A stretch of 64,000 bases of DNA, taken from positions 1 to 64,000 of the IMG/VR virus record IMGVR_UViG_3300021399_000122. The stretch is one strand, 5' to 3'. This document shows positions 46,301 to 55,783 of the stretch, piece by piece (within the stretch, counting starts at the first letter, position 1; each line of letters starts with the position of its first letter). Source of the DNA: a virus (taxonomy: Duplodnaviria; Caudoviricetes). The position numbers were made by a program, and so were the translations under genes. The notes beneath the pieces are model-generated. The model had not been told where the DNA came from. It did not search any database and saw only the letters and a list, made by a program, of their open reading frames with translations.

Positions 46301-47784
46301 ACTACGTCAATATGGATCAGGAGACAACCGCCGACTTCCTGAAATGGTTGGAAAAGGCCTATAAGCAAGCGTACAAGGAAGGTATCATCACACTTGATGA
46401 ATACTACAAGTACGAAGAGGAAATTTACAACGGCTACAACAAGATTAAGGAAGCGGCCAAGTCTACCTTTGATGCGCTCGTTGACTACCGCGTCAAGATG
46501 CTTAAGCAGGATCGTGAGAATCAGAAGGATTCAATCAACGACCAGCTCAACGACCTCAAGGATTTCTACAACAAGCAAAAAGAAATGTTGCAGAAACAGC
46601 AGGATGAGGAAAAGTATCTTGATGAGCAGACGGAGAAGCGAAAGTCTGTAAATGACATTAAACAACAGATTGCACAACTCCAGTTCGATACGTCTGCTTG
46701 GGCACAGAAACGTCGTCAGGAGTTGCTGCAGGAACTGTCTGACGCCGAAAAGGATCTGCAGGATTTTGAAGATCAGCATGCTTTAGAAGAAGCTTTGAAT
46801 GCTCTGGATGAAGCATATAATGCCGAAGAGGAAAGACTCAACAAGCAGATCGAAGCAATCGATGAAGTGTTGAATGATCCTAACGCCCTTTACAATCAGG
46901 CGCTCGCGGATATCAAAGGCAACACAGAAGATTTGTTTAAGGCGTTCATCCTGTTTAATAAAAAGTACGGCGATGGCGACGACGAGACAATCAAGAAGCT
47001 GTGGGAAGAGGCTTTCAAGAACAATGAGGACTATAAGAAGATTGTCGGCAAGTATTACGAAGATACGAAGATCGGCAATTATACAGGATATAAAGCCCCT
47101 ACCCCGCCGACAAATCCTCAGCCTCCGACCAGCAGTAGCAGTTCTTCAAAGAGCAGTAGCAGTAGTAGCAGCTCTTCAAGCAGAAGTTCCGCCCCTTCCC
47201 TTTCATCTGGATCAACCGTACAGGTGAAAACGTCTGCGACACATTTCAGCCCCAAGAGCGGAAGCGTGCGCATGGCGTCATTTGTACCGGGCGGTCAATA
47301 CACCGTGTATCAGACTAGCGGCAATGAAGTTCTCATTGGCCGTGGCGGTGTATATACTGGATGGATTTATCGCTCTGACATTGTTGGCTATAAAAAGGGA
47401 ACGAAGAACGCGACACCTGGTCTGCATAAGATTAACGAGGAAGGCACCGAAGCTATCTTCTCATCTGGTGACGGCAACCAATACCGCATGTTCAACGGAG
47501 GAGAAAAAGTTCTCAATGCAAAGGCTACAAACTTCCTGTATGAGTTTGCGATGGCCGGCGCAGAGATTCTCGACAAGATGCGTGGCGCATCTAAGGATGT
47601 GTTCAGGGGTGTGGGCACTATCAATCAGCCCATTGATATCAACATGGGTGACATTATTATTAATGGAAATATTGATAAGCAGAGCGTTTCTGACATCCGC
47701 CGTGCACAGCGTGAACAGGTTAACGATGTCCTTAAGGCATTCAATAAATATCAAATCACTCTCTACAGAGGGGTTAGAAAATAA
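40315..47784 (+). CDS. Tail tape measure protein with a C-terminal SH3-like domain
   Basis: 2489 aa, Ala-rich and helical; TP901-type core (VGTALKTISARIRG); Gly/Ser linkers. Confidence 0.9.
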   Translation: MSNNGSRDLHYHAGDINIDLNAKLKAELAEARADLTATKAQLEANNQSLETYKIKAEAAADSQQRLNNQIAALRSSLAAAEEGLETLKYETNFDQYAATAKRAVAEFKAFLTTVNFSDVDGTWHDDVSLWLEDLENGAMTAGQAIAEFKAEYTSYLNEVSSGGGGLDLQSFQSLLATLEELKDSLESVLEEVRLIREEGVTTVQSQSGVGGVLEQLQQATQGLSEESKEAYDTITKLVTGLNDYGNIDASKLYAITNAFISLQNIGSGTFSTKTVENIISMAKQLAAVGQAGPITLSLDVSAIDGIKVSKASLKALAENLPEISKADGDQLQKIFAADPTNGINNINVSKASLEHLATKLPEITKINSKKLADILNVNTAGINSLKVSKASVENIANLARAAQILKENNVDLTLKGDPSEELNKIAQKMSQIGDAAETAADAVNDLSGALGSRDLEPTEPDGYSPLNGKDLAGSVKSALRLQEVPAENIKEVTKAVAGMRGEFVSATAAWRDYGEEGRHVTSVVVQTATEAENGIQKLTSQVVEFKRNVNEETGEVTWTSKLASGIEKIKAVADSAAQSTDKLIKQSDALSLAKLDDLRLNAERAIQSALRSGVGDDNDSIDALRTLQSVLGDVESELRNADYSQSAFNEITKEASALISVHSKQLGFAVQQQKEEAAAVREAEKAKAALVDRTKAQAAVEAELNKVIGPLYGDAIKNGISESDPGMQQLQAYASELYALYDWMQNDANMTQAEFEEHLKNIKAYYSSSTSAVKQSIAVTKEAAKAEKELNKNLASSAKVRESVASAVERYKKAESSSDENVRQSYLNIQSLTNKLAVLETRYKKGDISAEQFKKGIADANAELRRSSQSLDDAGYGVDGLSTKFARLTQELGRFLSPFLLARQAWQTIKQMANVVIELEDAFAQLQIVTGATDKELEEFYSTASDIATNLGKSITDIAKSIEVFSRLGYSLPDATVLAEYATMLSNVASVTTDQATTGLTSIIKGYNMHVEDAEHVSDVLVSIGQKYAVSAGEMMEAYEKAGAALAATNTSFDKSAALIAAANAAVQNSSIVGTALKTISARIRGSKTDLEELGESTEDLADGFSKYAKEIKALTNVDIMVEGTTNQFKDLYDIMDEIAEVWDDLTDTQQARTAEILGGTRQLQVIASIINNWKDAQGAYVDAQNSAGEAARANSIYMDTATAHMNQFKAAFQELAHTIIDSDFLKQVIDIGTAMLKAADAVTRFIESAGGLAPLLINISGLLLVLRGNDIIKLLSKAGTAMASLISTVGTWLGTLTTAGAGVITTLDMVEVSATSAAAATAPLTGIIGAVMVAASALAAMVIRTKNSIAQAREETIRAGEAAATESAELVNLTQAYEELVKVGSDSAAIIEARDKVLDKLHVEYDELQRLIAEYGSYEEAIKHAAASQVAAQRATLQGAYNNAAKNLTSSGYESAGAAHRIDYGDNPAADRRAIKALSGAGYISGSSNGFGGSVVNYNLGDLSTTEGIIEAYGRLHDMMNMLIDDGHANTAVYQDLYNLYTQLQVGVDSYNSALNNLIANELQQQYLEQGVPQTAAEYSNLRNQLISTVMASDQFSGSMAEAGAVVDDFLGKQYGLEEFSNGIQGAFSNITSGADAINAVHDAFKGVKDTIDGVTSSLQAVSSVQDLVANGFVVDAQKAMELAAAYPEILDNATVTAEGQLQLNEAAVNSFIEGKESEINASIDAKIADLRADEAVLEAKKEFATGQLQMAQAVAEGEDAITVSQLKNRLENSNKVVNALIQMGYDEATAYQMALEAMSENVSIFDGNVGDAAQNIADNFASASESSANSLNTNTILMNSNINKITSHAHEAAKAVNGIGSGNVAGNVYDDGGAGSAHVKNFNKATNKRALVNAAVRESNRNNVDLQNLISNIKADISGYTAAIGAIHGQISALEGLRNSAISGIRNYKPSSSGGSGGSGGGGGGGGGGGGGSGSGSSEKEETWFQKQYKLHQHYVNMDQETTADFLKWLEKAYKQAYKEGIITLDEYYKYEEEIYNGYNKIKEAAKSTFDALVDYRVKMLKQDRENQKDSINDQLNDLKDFYNKQKEMLQKQQDEEKYLDEQTEKRKSVNDIKQQIAQLQFDTSAWAQKRRQELLQELSDAEKDLQDFEDQHALEEALNALDEAYNAEEERLNKQIEAIDEVLNDPNALYNQALADIKGNTEDLFKAFILFNKKYGDGDDETIKKLWEEAFKNNEDYKKIVGKYYEDTKIGNYTGYKAPTPPTNPQPPTSSSSSSKSSSSSSSSSSRSSAPSLSSGSTVQVKTSATHFSPKSGSVRMASFVPGGQYTVYQTSGNEVLIGRGGVYTGWIYRSDIVGYKKGTKNATPGLHKINEEGTEAIFSSGDGNQYRMFNGGEKVLNAKATNFLYEFAMAGAEILDKMRGASKDVFRGVGTINQPIDINMGDIIINGNIDKQSVSDIRRAQREQVNDVLKAFNKYQITLYRGVRK

Positions 47785-47905
47785 TTTCAAACGGAGTGTC
47801 TCGCCAATCATCCATTTGATTGGCGGGGCATATCCGCCCTATCAAGCCCGTATGGGCATTTTTATGTATATGAAAATATCATTTTAGAAAGGAGCCCGAA
47901 GAACT

Positions 47906-48754
47906 ATGGCAGATATATATGGATCGCACTTCACCTATGGTGGAACGCTTTCATCGACATATGGCATTATGATTGCCAGCGTTGAGTCCGAACGGTTCAC
48001 TCAGGTTGCCGGTACGATTGCCGGCGTGACGATCTTTAACAAAAGCGGCAAGCGGAATTATCTGATTGACGATGACTACTCTGGGTCTCCGCTTTCATTT
48101 GATGTTGATATTGTTACAGATGACGGCAGGACGTTAAGCAACTCTGAATGTCGTGCCATCGAGAAGTGGCTGTTCAATCGCCACAGGTATCGCAAGCTCT
48201 ACGTCGATCACTTGGACGAATGTGGGCTTGCCACAGAGGACTACTCCGCCGAGACAATTGACGGTGAAGAAAAGCGCCTGTATCTGAACTGCCGATTCAT
48301 CAACACATTCTACCTCGAGTACGAGGGCGGCATTGTTGGATATCGGGCAACGCTCGAAGCTGATAATGGCTACTGGTATCAGGACGCTATCACCAAAACC
48401 ATCGATGTCAATAACACATCAGCCTCTGCGACATCTACATTCACTATCGATGTTGACACAGATATCGACGATTACACCTATCCGCGAGTTACCATCAAGA
48501 TGGATAGCGCTGGCGGCGAGGTCACACTTATTAACCAGACAGACAACAGCGCAAGATTTACTTCGTTTGTTGATATTGCTGGTGGTGCAACCGTAATCAT
48601 TGATAGCGAATATAACTATATCAACGATCAATACTATCTGAAGTTTTCCAAGCAGAACTTCCCTCGCCTTCTTGACGGCCCGAACAACTTCACCGTCATC
48701 GGCGCAGTTAAATCAATTACGTTTACTTATAGTAACAGGAGGAACCTTCGGTGA
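47906..48754 (+). CDS. Distal tail protein (Dit)
   Basis: Follows the TMP; C-terminal FPRLLDGPNNF motif. Confidence 0.75.
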   Translation: MADIYGSHFTYGGTLSSTYGIMIASVESERFTQVAGTIAGVTIFNKSGKRNYLIDDDYSGSPLSFDVDIVTDDGRTLSNSECRAIEKWLFNRHRYRKLYVDHLDECGLATEDYSAETIDGEEKRLYLNCRFINTFYLEYEGGIVGYRATLEADNGYWYQDAITKTIDVNNTSASATSTFTIDVDTDIDDYTYPRVTIKMDSAGGEVTLINQTDNSARFTSFVDIAGGATVIIDSEYNYINDQYYLKFSKQNFPRLLDGPNNFTVIGAVKSITFTYSNRRNLR

Positions 48755-51700
48755 TCGTTAAGTATGATTCACTTAACCGTTTTGAGAAGCCGAAGTTAAT
48801 ACTCTGTAACCCCGGTGCTAAATACACCAATGGGCGATTGACAAATGTTCTAGGCACCCTTTCTGATTATGATTCTGAAGAAATCGTCTTTAATTTTAAT
48901 TCAACGTCAGACTTGAACTTCCGCATTTATAAGGTCGAACACGACGATCCTGAGCGTAACGCTCACAGTGCGTTCCTTTACAACGCCATCAAGAATAAGC
49001 GATTGATTTTTGCGGAGAACATCGGGTTCTTTGTAATCGATGATATCAATGTTGGATACGAAGGATTAATTGATTATATTGACGTTACGGCACACTCTGC
49101 AGAGGCAGAGATCGAGCAGAAGAAGGTGCCGTATATTGAGAACAATACATATCGCTTCAGAACCGGCGTTGGCTCTGAGGCGCAGCAAGAAGGCCTATTC
49201 GATACACTCGTATCCCTCCTCCCCCAGTGGGAGATTGGAGAGGTCGATGATGCGGTCGCTGAGAGATATAGAACATTCGAAGATGTCTCCATCGATGCGA
49301 ACATCCTTTCGTTTATGCTTCAGGACATGCAGAATGCATACGAGTGTATCTTTGTCTTCGACACCATTAACAGGGTTATTAATGTATACGATCAGAATAA
49401 TTATGTACGTTTGACCAACATTCATCTTACTAAAGATGATCTGATCGATACGTTGCACATCGAGGAAAACTCCGGCGATGTATATACTGCCGTCAGTGTG
49501 TTGGGCGGCGAAAACATTACCATTGGGGCGGTCAACCCATTGGGAACAAATACGATCTATGATTTCTCGTATTATCTGGATTGGATGAGCGAAGGCTTGT
49601 CTGCGAAGGTGCGCAGGTGGCAACAGCTTGTTGCCGACAAGGAGAGCGAGTATTACAGCTATAGCCTGCAATACTACAATAAGCTCAACGAGTGTTCCGG
49701 CTCTTCGCAGTCTATTCAGCAACTGCAAACGCAGATCACAATCTACAAGAGGCTTCGTGCGAACATTGTCGCCGGGTCAAGTGCATACGCTTTGGCAGAG
49801 TATAACCAGGTTATTCTGGAGAATGGCGGAACTGTAGTTCCGATTACAGAGAACATCTCTGCAATGCTTGCACAGATTGATAGATTGATCGGTGAATGCC
49901 AGACACAGATCGACACGTTGAATCAGGAGCTTGATGCAGCCAACGAAGAATTGGATGCGCTCGAGGCCTCCATTAAAGGCATTGTCGACTCGGTCGCTCT
50001 GACAAGTTACTTCACCCAAGAAGAGTATGATGAGCTGTATTACTACATCTTCGAGGGAAGCTATACAGATGAATACGTGGTTATCACGGACATCATGACC
50101 CCGATCGAACGCTTTGAACAGATGAAGATTCTGTACGATCGTGCGCAGTCACAGCTGAAGCGCGTGAGTAAGCCAACCCAGCAGTTCACGCTGGACGTTG
50201 AGAACTTTATCTTTGCAAAGGAATTCGAGCATTGGTCAGGACAATTAGAGACGGGTTGCCTCATTAATGTCGAACTTGACAACGATGATATAGCGCCCCT
50301 TTTCTTAACTAACATTACAATCAACTATGACGACCATGCATTATCAATGACGTTTGGAAACAGGTTCAACAAGTATGATCCGAAAACGTTATTTGAAAAT
50401 GTCCTTGGCGGAATTAATAAATCTGCCAATACACTTAATTATTTGAAAGAGACTGTCTACCCCATCAAGAGCGGTGAGTTCAACGCAATGCGCGAACAGA
50501 TTCAGGCTTCCAGAGACTTGACGATGGATGCAGCTCTGTCTTCTGAGAATGAAGAAGTCACTATCGATGGCTCCGGTTACACCGGCAGAGAAAAGATTAG
50601 TGATGACGAATATGACCCGAGGCAGGTTAAGCTGACGGGTAAGAGCCTCGTCTTCACCGATGACGCATGGGAGACTTGTAAAGTCGCCATCGGTCAGATT
50701 ATTCTTGGTGACGGTACAGTAACATACGGCGTTAATGCAGAGACAATCATAGGCGACTTGATCATTGGCAATCAGCTTGTCATTAAGGACAACGACGGCA
50801 ATGATCTTTTTACTATTATTGACAACAGAGTCTCATCGGAAGTTTCTACAATCAGTGAGCGGCTGAGCCAGATGATTGTAGACACGCAGTACACTTACTG
50901 TGTTCGCGATTACGGAACGGCACCAGCTGCTTCTGATGCAGACTGGACAACTGCTTTCCCTGAGACGTGGGGTGAAGATCAGCGCGTGTGGCGCAAAACA
51001 ACCATCACCTATGAGGACGGCGATACAGAGGTTAAGGCAATTGAGGATATTACTGGAGCAAAAGGCGATGATGGTGTAAGCGTCACCAGTGTTGTAATTG
51101 AATACATATTGAGCGGATCAAAAGAACGCATCACACCGTTAATCTATCCGAGCACTTCGACAATTGTTGGAAGCGATATCTACCCTTCTGCTTCGGAGGA
51201 ATGGAGCACTACGCCACAAGACTATGTTGAGGGACATTATTACTGGCATAGGCTTGTTACCACATACAGTGATGGCAAGGTCGTCTATGGAGACCCGACG
51301 CTTGATAAAGAACTGAATGATCTCTGGGAAGTGACGTCATTGACTCGGTCTTCGCTCACGCAAACACAGGATGCTATCACGGCACTTGTTGAGCGTGTGA
51401 CAACCGGCGAGAGCAACGTGGATAGTCTTTCTCGCGACGTGTCGGCAATTAATCAGCGTGCAGACTCTATCGAGATGAGCGTTACAGACGTTAGACGCGA
51501 CTATGTCACTAAAGACGAGCTTGGCTATAATTCGGCGACGCAAACTTTCGAACAGGGATCTATCTTAGACATGACGTCTCAGACGATTACTGCAAGTGTG
51601 TGGCGTACTGAAGAAGGTCAGTACATTTACGACACGGTTGCGAATCTCGACGAGAACGGTTTATCTGTTTCAACAAAGAATAGTGATAGTACATCTACAA

Positions 51701-51969
51701 TCAATGGTGACGGCGTACTAGTCACCAAGCAGGTCGAAGGAGAAACGGTTACTGTTGCAAAGTTCACAAAGGAAATCGCATACACCAACAATTTGCAGAT
51801 TGCCACTTTCGCAACTATCGGTGCGCATAGATTTGAAGCTATCGAAGGCCGCGAATGGGACTACCCAGAAAATGGTACTGCTGAAGAAAAGGCTGAGAAG
51901 ACAACCATGGGCACAGGCCTTGCGTGGATCGGTAAGCAGCAAGAATTGATAGAAAATATGGAGTCGTAA
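48751..51969 (+). CDS. Baseplate hub/Tal-like tail protein
   Basis: Follows Dit; VNPLGTNTIYDFSYY; coiled coils; fibre-type repeats (YYWHRLVTTYSDG). Confidence 0.7.
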   Translation: MIVKYDSLNRFEKPKLILCNPGAKYTNGRLTNVLGTLSDYDSEEIVFNFNSTSDLNFRIYKVEHDDPERNAHSAFLYNAIKNKRLIFAENIGFFVIDDINVGYEGLIDYIDVTAHSAEAEIEQKKVPYIENNTYRFRTGVGSEAQQEGLFDTLVSLLPQWEIGEVDDAVAERYRTFEDVSIDANILSFMLQDMQNAYECIFVFDTINRVINVYDQNNYVRLTNIHLTKDDLIDTLHIEENSGDVYTAVSVLGGENITIGAVNPLGTNTIYDFSYYLDWMSEGLSAKVRRWQQLVADKESEYYSYSLQYYNKLNECSGSSQSIQQLQTQITIYKRLRANIVAGSSAYALAEYNQVILENGGTVVPITENISAMLAQIDRLIGECQTQIDTLNQELDAANEELDALEASIKGIVDSVALTSYFTQEEYDELYYYIFEGSYTDEYVVITDIMTPIERFEQMKILYDRAQSQLKRVSKPTQQFTLDVENFIFAKEFEHWSGQLETGCLINVELDNDDIAPLFLTNITINYDDHALSMTFGNRFNKYDPKTLFENVLGGINKSANTLNYLKETVYPIKSGEFNAMREQIQASRDLTMDAALSSENEEVTIDGSGYTGREKISDDEYDPRQVKLTGKSLVFTDDAWETCKVAIGQIILGDGTVTYGVNAETIIGDLIIGNQLVIKDNDGNDLFTIIDNRVSSEVSTISERLSQMIVDTQYTYCVRDYGTAPAASDADWTTAFPETWGEDQRVWRKTTITYEDGDTEVKAIEDITGAKGDDGVSVTSVVIEYILSGSKERITPLIYPSTSTIVGSDIYPSASEEWSTTPQDYVEGHYYWHRLVTTYSDGKVVYGDPTLDKELNDLWEVTSLTRSSLTQTQDAITALVERVTTGESNVDSLSRDVSAINQRADSIEMSVTDVRRDYVTKDELGYNSATQTFEQGSILDMTSQTITASVWRTEEGQYIYDTVANLDENGLSVSTKNSDSTSTINGDGVLVTKQVEGETVTVAKFTKEIAYTNNLQIATFATIGAHRFEAIEGREWDYPENGTAEEKAEKTTMGTGLAWIGKQQELIENMES

Positions 51970-51972
51970 AAT

Positions 51973-53934
51973 ATGGCTAACATTACAAGCAAATGGGCGG
52001 AGGTAGATTGGTGGTCTGACGCCACGAGCGACGCCAATGTTAAAGCTTATTGGAGAGTTATTGCGCGGTGCGAAGAGAGTAACTCCGATAACTATTCTAA
52101 CGTATACTTTTATGTCCAAAAAAGCATAACGAATACAGCAGGCGGATGGGCAAATTATCCAGCAACTAAATCTATAAAAATCACGGGTACGGGTGCAGCA
52201 AACGATACGCATAGCGCAACTGCAACGTGGAACTTTGGATACTGCGATAGTTCAGAATGGGTAGATGCATCTGGCAGCTACTCTGATTTTTATTGGAGTA
52301 AGGTAAGGCATAACAATGATGGCACTCTAACTGTACAAGCGCACATCACTGGCGACCGCATCACGGCAGGCTTCCCTATTGACACTTATATCACCCTGAC
52401 CTTTCCGACTATTCCAAGGGGTTCTACGATCACATCGTTCAGTAATTTTACTGTTGAGAACGGTTTTACCTTTTCGTACAAAGATATGCTCGATGGCAGG
52501 GCGCTTACGCTTGGTTGTGCAATAGGCAATACGAACGTGCTTTCGAAAACATACACATCATCAGCAGGTTCACACTCCGATACTATTACATTTACCAAAG
52601 CGCAGCTCAATACTATTTACAGCGCAATTGGTTCAAAGGCAAACTCCGCCAACTTTACCCTAACACTATCGACTGGCAGCATCAGTGGGTCTTCCTCCGC
52701 GACTGCAAGAGGGTCGCTCGCCGCAGCTTCTAACAAGCCAACGGTAAGTTCACCAACTATGGCTGAGGCAAACAGCACTATGAAGACCTGTGGGGTCGCA
52801 GACACTGAGATTGTGCGGTATCTTTCGCAGAAAAGAATAACCGTCACCGTGTCTGCGAGAAACGGAGCGTCTATTTCGTCTGTCAAGGTAAAAAATGGTG
52901 ACAACGGAACTAATGTCACAATGAGTTTGGTGTCTGGGAACACCTATTCTGCCATCGTTAATAATCCGTCGGTGGCAAAATATATTGTTACGGCGACTGA
53001 CTCCCGTGGTTTTTCAACAAGCGCTAACGCTACTGGTACGCTAAAGCAGTATACGTACCCTTCAATCACCAAGGTGGCATTCGACAGAGACTCGGCTGTC
53101 GTGTCGACCGGCTTTATCCAGCCCACTGGTTCTTATTGGGGTGGCACCGCTGGTAACACGACAAATTCGGTGACGTGGAATTATCGAATTAACTCCGGCG
53201 CGGTATCGGCGAATTACACGCCCGCCCAAGCTGGTGGCACATGGAGCGGAGGAGTAACCCTCCCAGATGAGACCTTGTTAAGGGATCACACTTATTATTG
53301 CGACGTCACTGTCAAGGACTCGTTTGGACAAACTGCTACATACAGAGCGAGCATTGGTATCGCAGAGCTATCCGTCTGGATTGGAAAGCGCACAGTCAAA
53401 GCCGAAGGTTTTGTTGGGGAGCATTTCATTGGCGGCGAAGCAGACTGCGATAAGTATCTCAATGTATTCCCCGTTGGCGCAATCTACATGAGTGTTACAG
53501 ATGTGAATCCGAGCACATATTTTGGTGGTACTTGGGTTCAAGTTGCACAGGGTCGTGCATTAATTGGTGCGGGCAGTTTGCAAGCAAATACAGTTAACAC
53601 TTGGGGTGATGTCACAGTTGGAGGATTTAATCCTGCTGTAAATGAACGCGGTGGTACATATACTCATAGACACTTTATGGACGGTCAGGATGCAGATGGC
53701 CCGCGTGCCGCAGTCGGTGCCACAGATAGTGATGTTAACTCAATTGGCTATGTCAGCTCACCACCAAGTGCTTGGGGGCCTTCAAGTACTAAACAGTATT
53801 CACTTTCTGCAACGATGAAAGACAAAACAGTTGATCATTCATTTAACCACTACACGCCGGTATTTGGTTATACGCGTGGTTCAACGCTCGTAGAACCGTA
53901 TCTAGCGGTGTATATATGGCAACGCACAGCTTAA
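51973..53934 (+). CDS. Siphovirus minor tail/baseplate protein (DUF859-like with a gp10-like C-terminus)
   Basis: HNNDGT, TIPRGS and FPVGAIYMSV...NPSTYFGGTW...PYLAVYIWQRTA motifs. Confidence 0.7.
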   Translation: MANITSKWAEVDWWSDATSDANVKAYWRVIARCEESNSDNYSNVYFYVQKSITNTAGGWANYPATKSIKITGTGAANDTHSATATWNFGYCDSSEWVDASGSYSDFYWSKVRHNNDGTLTVQAHITGDRITAGFPIDTYITLTFPTIPRGSTITSFSNFTVENGFTFSYKDMLDGRALTLGCAIGNTNVLSKTYTSSAGSHSDTITFTKAQLNTIYSAIGSKANSANFTLTLSTGSISGSSSATARGSLAAASNKPTVSSPTMAEANSTMKTCGVADTEIVRYLSQKRITVTVSARNGASISSVKVKNGDNGTNVTMSLVSGNTYSAIVNNPSVAKYIVTATDSRGFSTSANATGTLKQYTYPSITKVAFDRDSAVVSTGFIQPTGSYWGGTAGNTTNSVTWNYRINSGAVSANYTPAQAGGTWSGGVTLPDETLLRDHTYYCDVTVKDSFGQTATYRASIGIAELSVWIGKRTVKAEGFVGEHFIGGEADCDKYLNVFPVGAIYMSVTDVNPSTYFGGTWVQVAQGRALIGAGSLQANTVNTWGDVTVGGFNPAVNERGGTYTHRHFMDGQDADGPRAAVGATDSDVNSIGYVSSPPSAWGPSSTKQYSLSATMKDKTVDHSFNHYTPVFGYTRGSTLVEPYLAVYIWQRTA

Positions 53935-53972
53935 AAAGTGCGTTTTTATTTTTCTTTCGGAAGGAGGAACTC

Positions 53973-55775
53973 ATGCCCTATATAAAAACAGAATGGGTAG
54001 ATAACGAAACAGCAATTACAGCCAAACGATTAAACAAAATGGAGGCTGGAATTGAATTGGCGAGCAGTGTGCTCCCGGACAACGATGGTGCGGTTGGCCA
54101 GGTTCTCACCAAAACTGAGGACGGTACGCGTTGGGCCGAGGGTGGACGGCCTGCGACTGTGACCGGAGAAACGCTTGACCTGAATGGATCATCGTGGAGC
54201 GGTGGAGGAGATCACGGTGTTGCAGTCGAAGTAGATACGACCCTGTCAGTTAGCGGTGCGGCGGCAGACGCTAAAACGGTTGGCGATGCAATTGGTGATC
54301 GTTCAAAACTGGAAACAACCGCCAAGACCGACCTCGTATCTGCTATCAATGAAGCAGCTCAGAGAGGCGGAGCTGATATTACTTATGATGGCGACACGAT
54401 GATCGTCGACAAAAAAGGCGAAGGTGGATCGAGCGAATGTGAAGCAGTCGATAAGGTAGCAAGAAAAGCTATCGGCAATGTGGCAAGCACAGCCGATCCA
54501 GTGTCAGATGACTATCGCTATAACAAACTTCTAATTTCCGAAACAGATGTATCTCCATCTGAACAGTATTATTCAACTGTTGTTGAAAACGGTGAGTTGA
54601 GGAAAGTCATTAATCCATCAACTTCAACATTTTTTAACAACGGAGTGAATGATGTGTGCGCAGCATTAACCATTGCCGATGACTATCTGAAGAACTGGGA
54701 TCAGTTTTACTATGACATGTCAATTGGCGGAAAGGGAGGATTCGTTTATAACGGAACATTCGACAATCCAGAAGAGGATGCTCCTGCGCTTAATCAAAAC
54801 GGTCAGAAGGCAATGAATTGTGCTATATTCACAAATTTAGTGCTGCAAGGAGTGCCGTACACTTATTCAACGTACAGTAAACTCACACCGACCTATAAGA
54901 ATTTAGCAACGAATCCGGTCTTTGCTCCGAAGTCCAAAGATGCTATTGCTTACGGTCTTGAAAACCAGTATACATATCCGAATCTTTCACATCATGGTCT
55001 GTATACTTGGAAACTTGCAAGATATTTATATGATATGGGAGTATTAAGACCTGTTGGCGATAACATGATCATGAACACTGGACTCGGCTATCAAGCAGAA
55101 GGCACTTATAACCCAGGCGATATTCTTTTCTTTGCGCAGGATGGAAGCGTTAATGATTATTTCATGGGTGTTCGTCATTGTGCACTGTTAGCAGGCTTCA
55201 TTGGCTATTCAACTCTCAAGAAAAATATGTTGATTATTGAATGCTCATCTGTGAATAGTAGCCCAAATATTTCTGCATTGAAAGTCCGTACATTAAGAGA
55301 CAGCGATAATATTGTCGCTGCTTTTACTCCCGGCTACAACAACGGACTGAATTTAATGGCGCAGCCTACTACTAGTTTTGATGAAGACAATCAAGCATTT
55401 TCAACAAATCTCGTTGTTGAAAGAAATAACGTTGCTTGTCACGGATCAGATAACGCAATAAGTGTAAACAGTCAGTTTAGCGGGGTATTTAGCCATGCCA
55501 AACAATACAGAGGTGCATGCGTGCTTGTTGTTGATCCTATTTACACTAACAGTGTTGCTGCTGTCAAATGGGTGATCACATATCATAATACACTTGATTC
55601 ATGGTCGGATTCGATTCTCAACGGATCTGGCGAACATGCGATGGTGGGAGTTGGAAAGTTTATGATTCCGATTCCATATGGAACTGAAGTCAGCCTGTAT
55701 ACAGATTCGGATTATGTATCTGCTGCAAATTTGAAGCTGAATATTGTCACTTCAGATAAGTTCTTGAAAGTTTGA
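53973..55775 (+). CDS. Fibre/spike protein with anchor modules and an NlpC/P60-like domain
   Basis: YIKTEW...LNKMEAGI anchor; MNCAIF...PGDILFF...HCAL. Confidence 0.65.
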   Translation: MPYIKTEWVDNETAITAKRLNKMEAGIELASSVLPDNDGAVGQVLTKTEDGTRWAEGGRPATVTGETLDLNGSSWSGGGDHGVAVEVDTTLSVSGAAADAKTVGDAIGDRSKLETTAKTDLVSAINEAAQRGGADITYDGDTMIVDKKGEGGSSECEAVDKVARKAIGNVASTADPVSDDYRYNKLLISETDVSPSEQYYSTVVENGELRKVINPSTSTFFNNGVNDVCAALTIADDYLKNWDQFYYDMSIGGKGGFVYNGTFDNPEEDAPALNQNGQKAMNCAIFTNLVLQGVPYTYSTYSKLTPTYKNLATNPVFAPKSKDAIAYGLENQYTYPNLSHHGLYTWKLARYLYDMGVLRPVGDNMIMNTGLGYQAEGTYNPGDILFFAQDGSVNDYFMGVRHCALLAGFIGYSTLKKNMLIIECSSVNSSPNISALKVRTLRDSDNIVAAFTPGYNNGLNLMAQPTTSFDEDNQAFSTNLVVERNNVACHGSDNAISVNSQFSGVFSHAKQYRGACVLVVDPIYTNSVAAVKWVITYHNTLDSWSDSILNGSGEHAMVGVGKFMIPIPYGTEVSLYTDSDYVSAANLKLNIVTSDKFLKV

Positions 55776-55783
55776 GGCGACTT

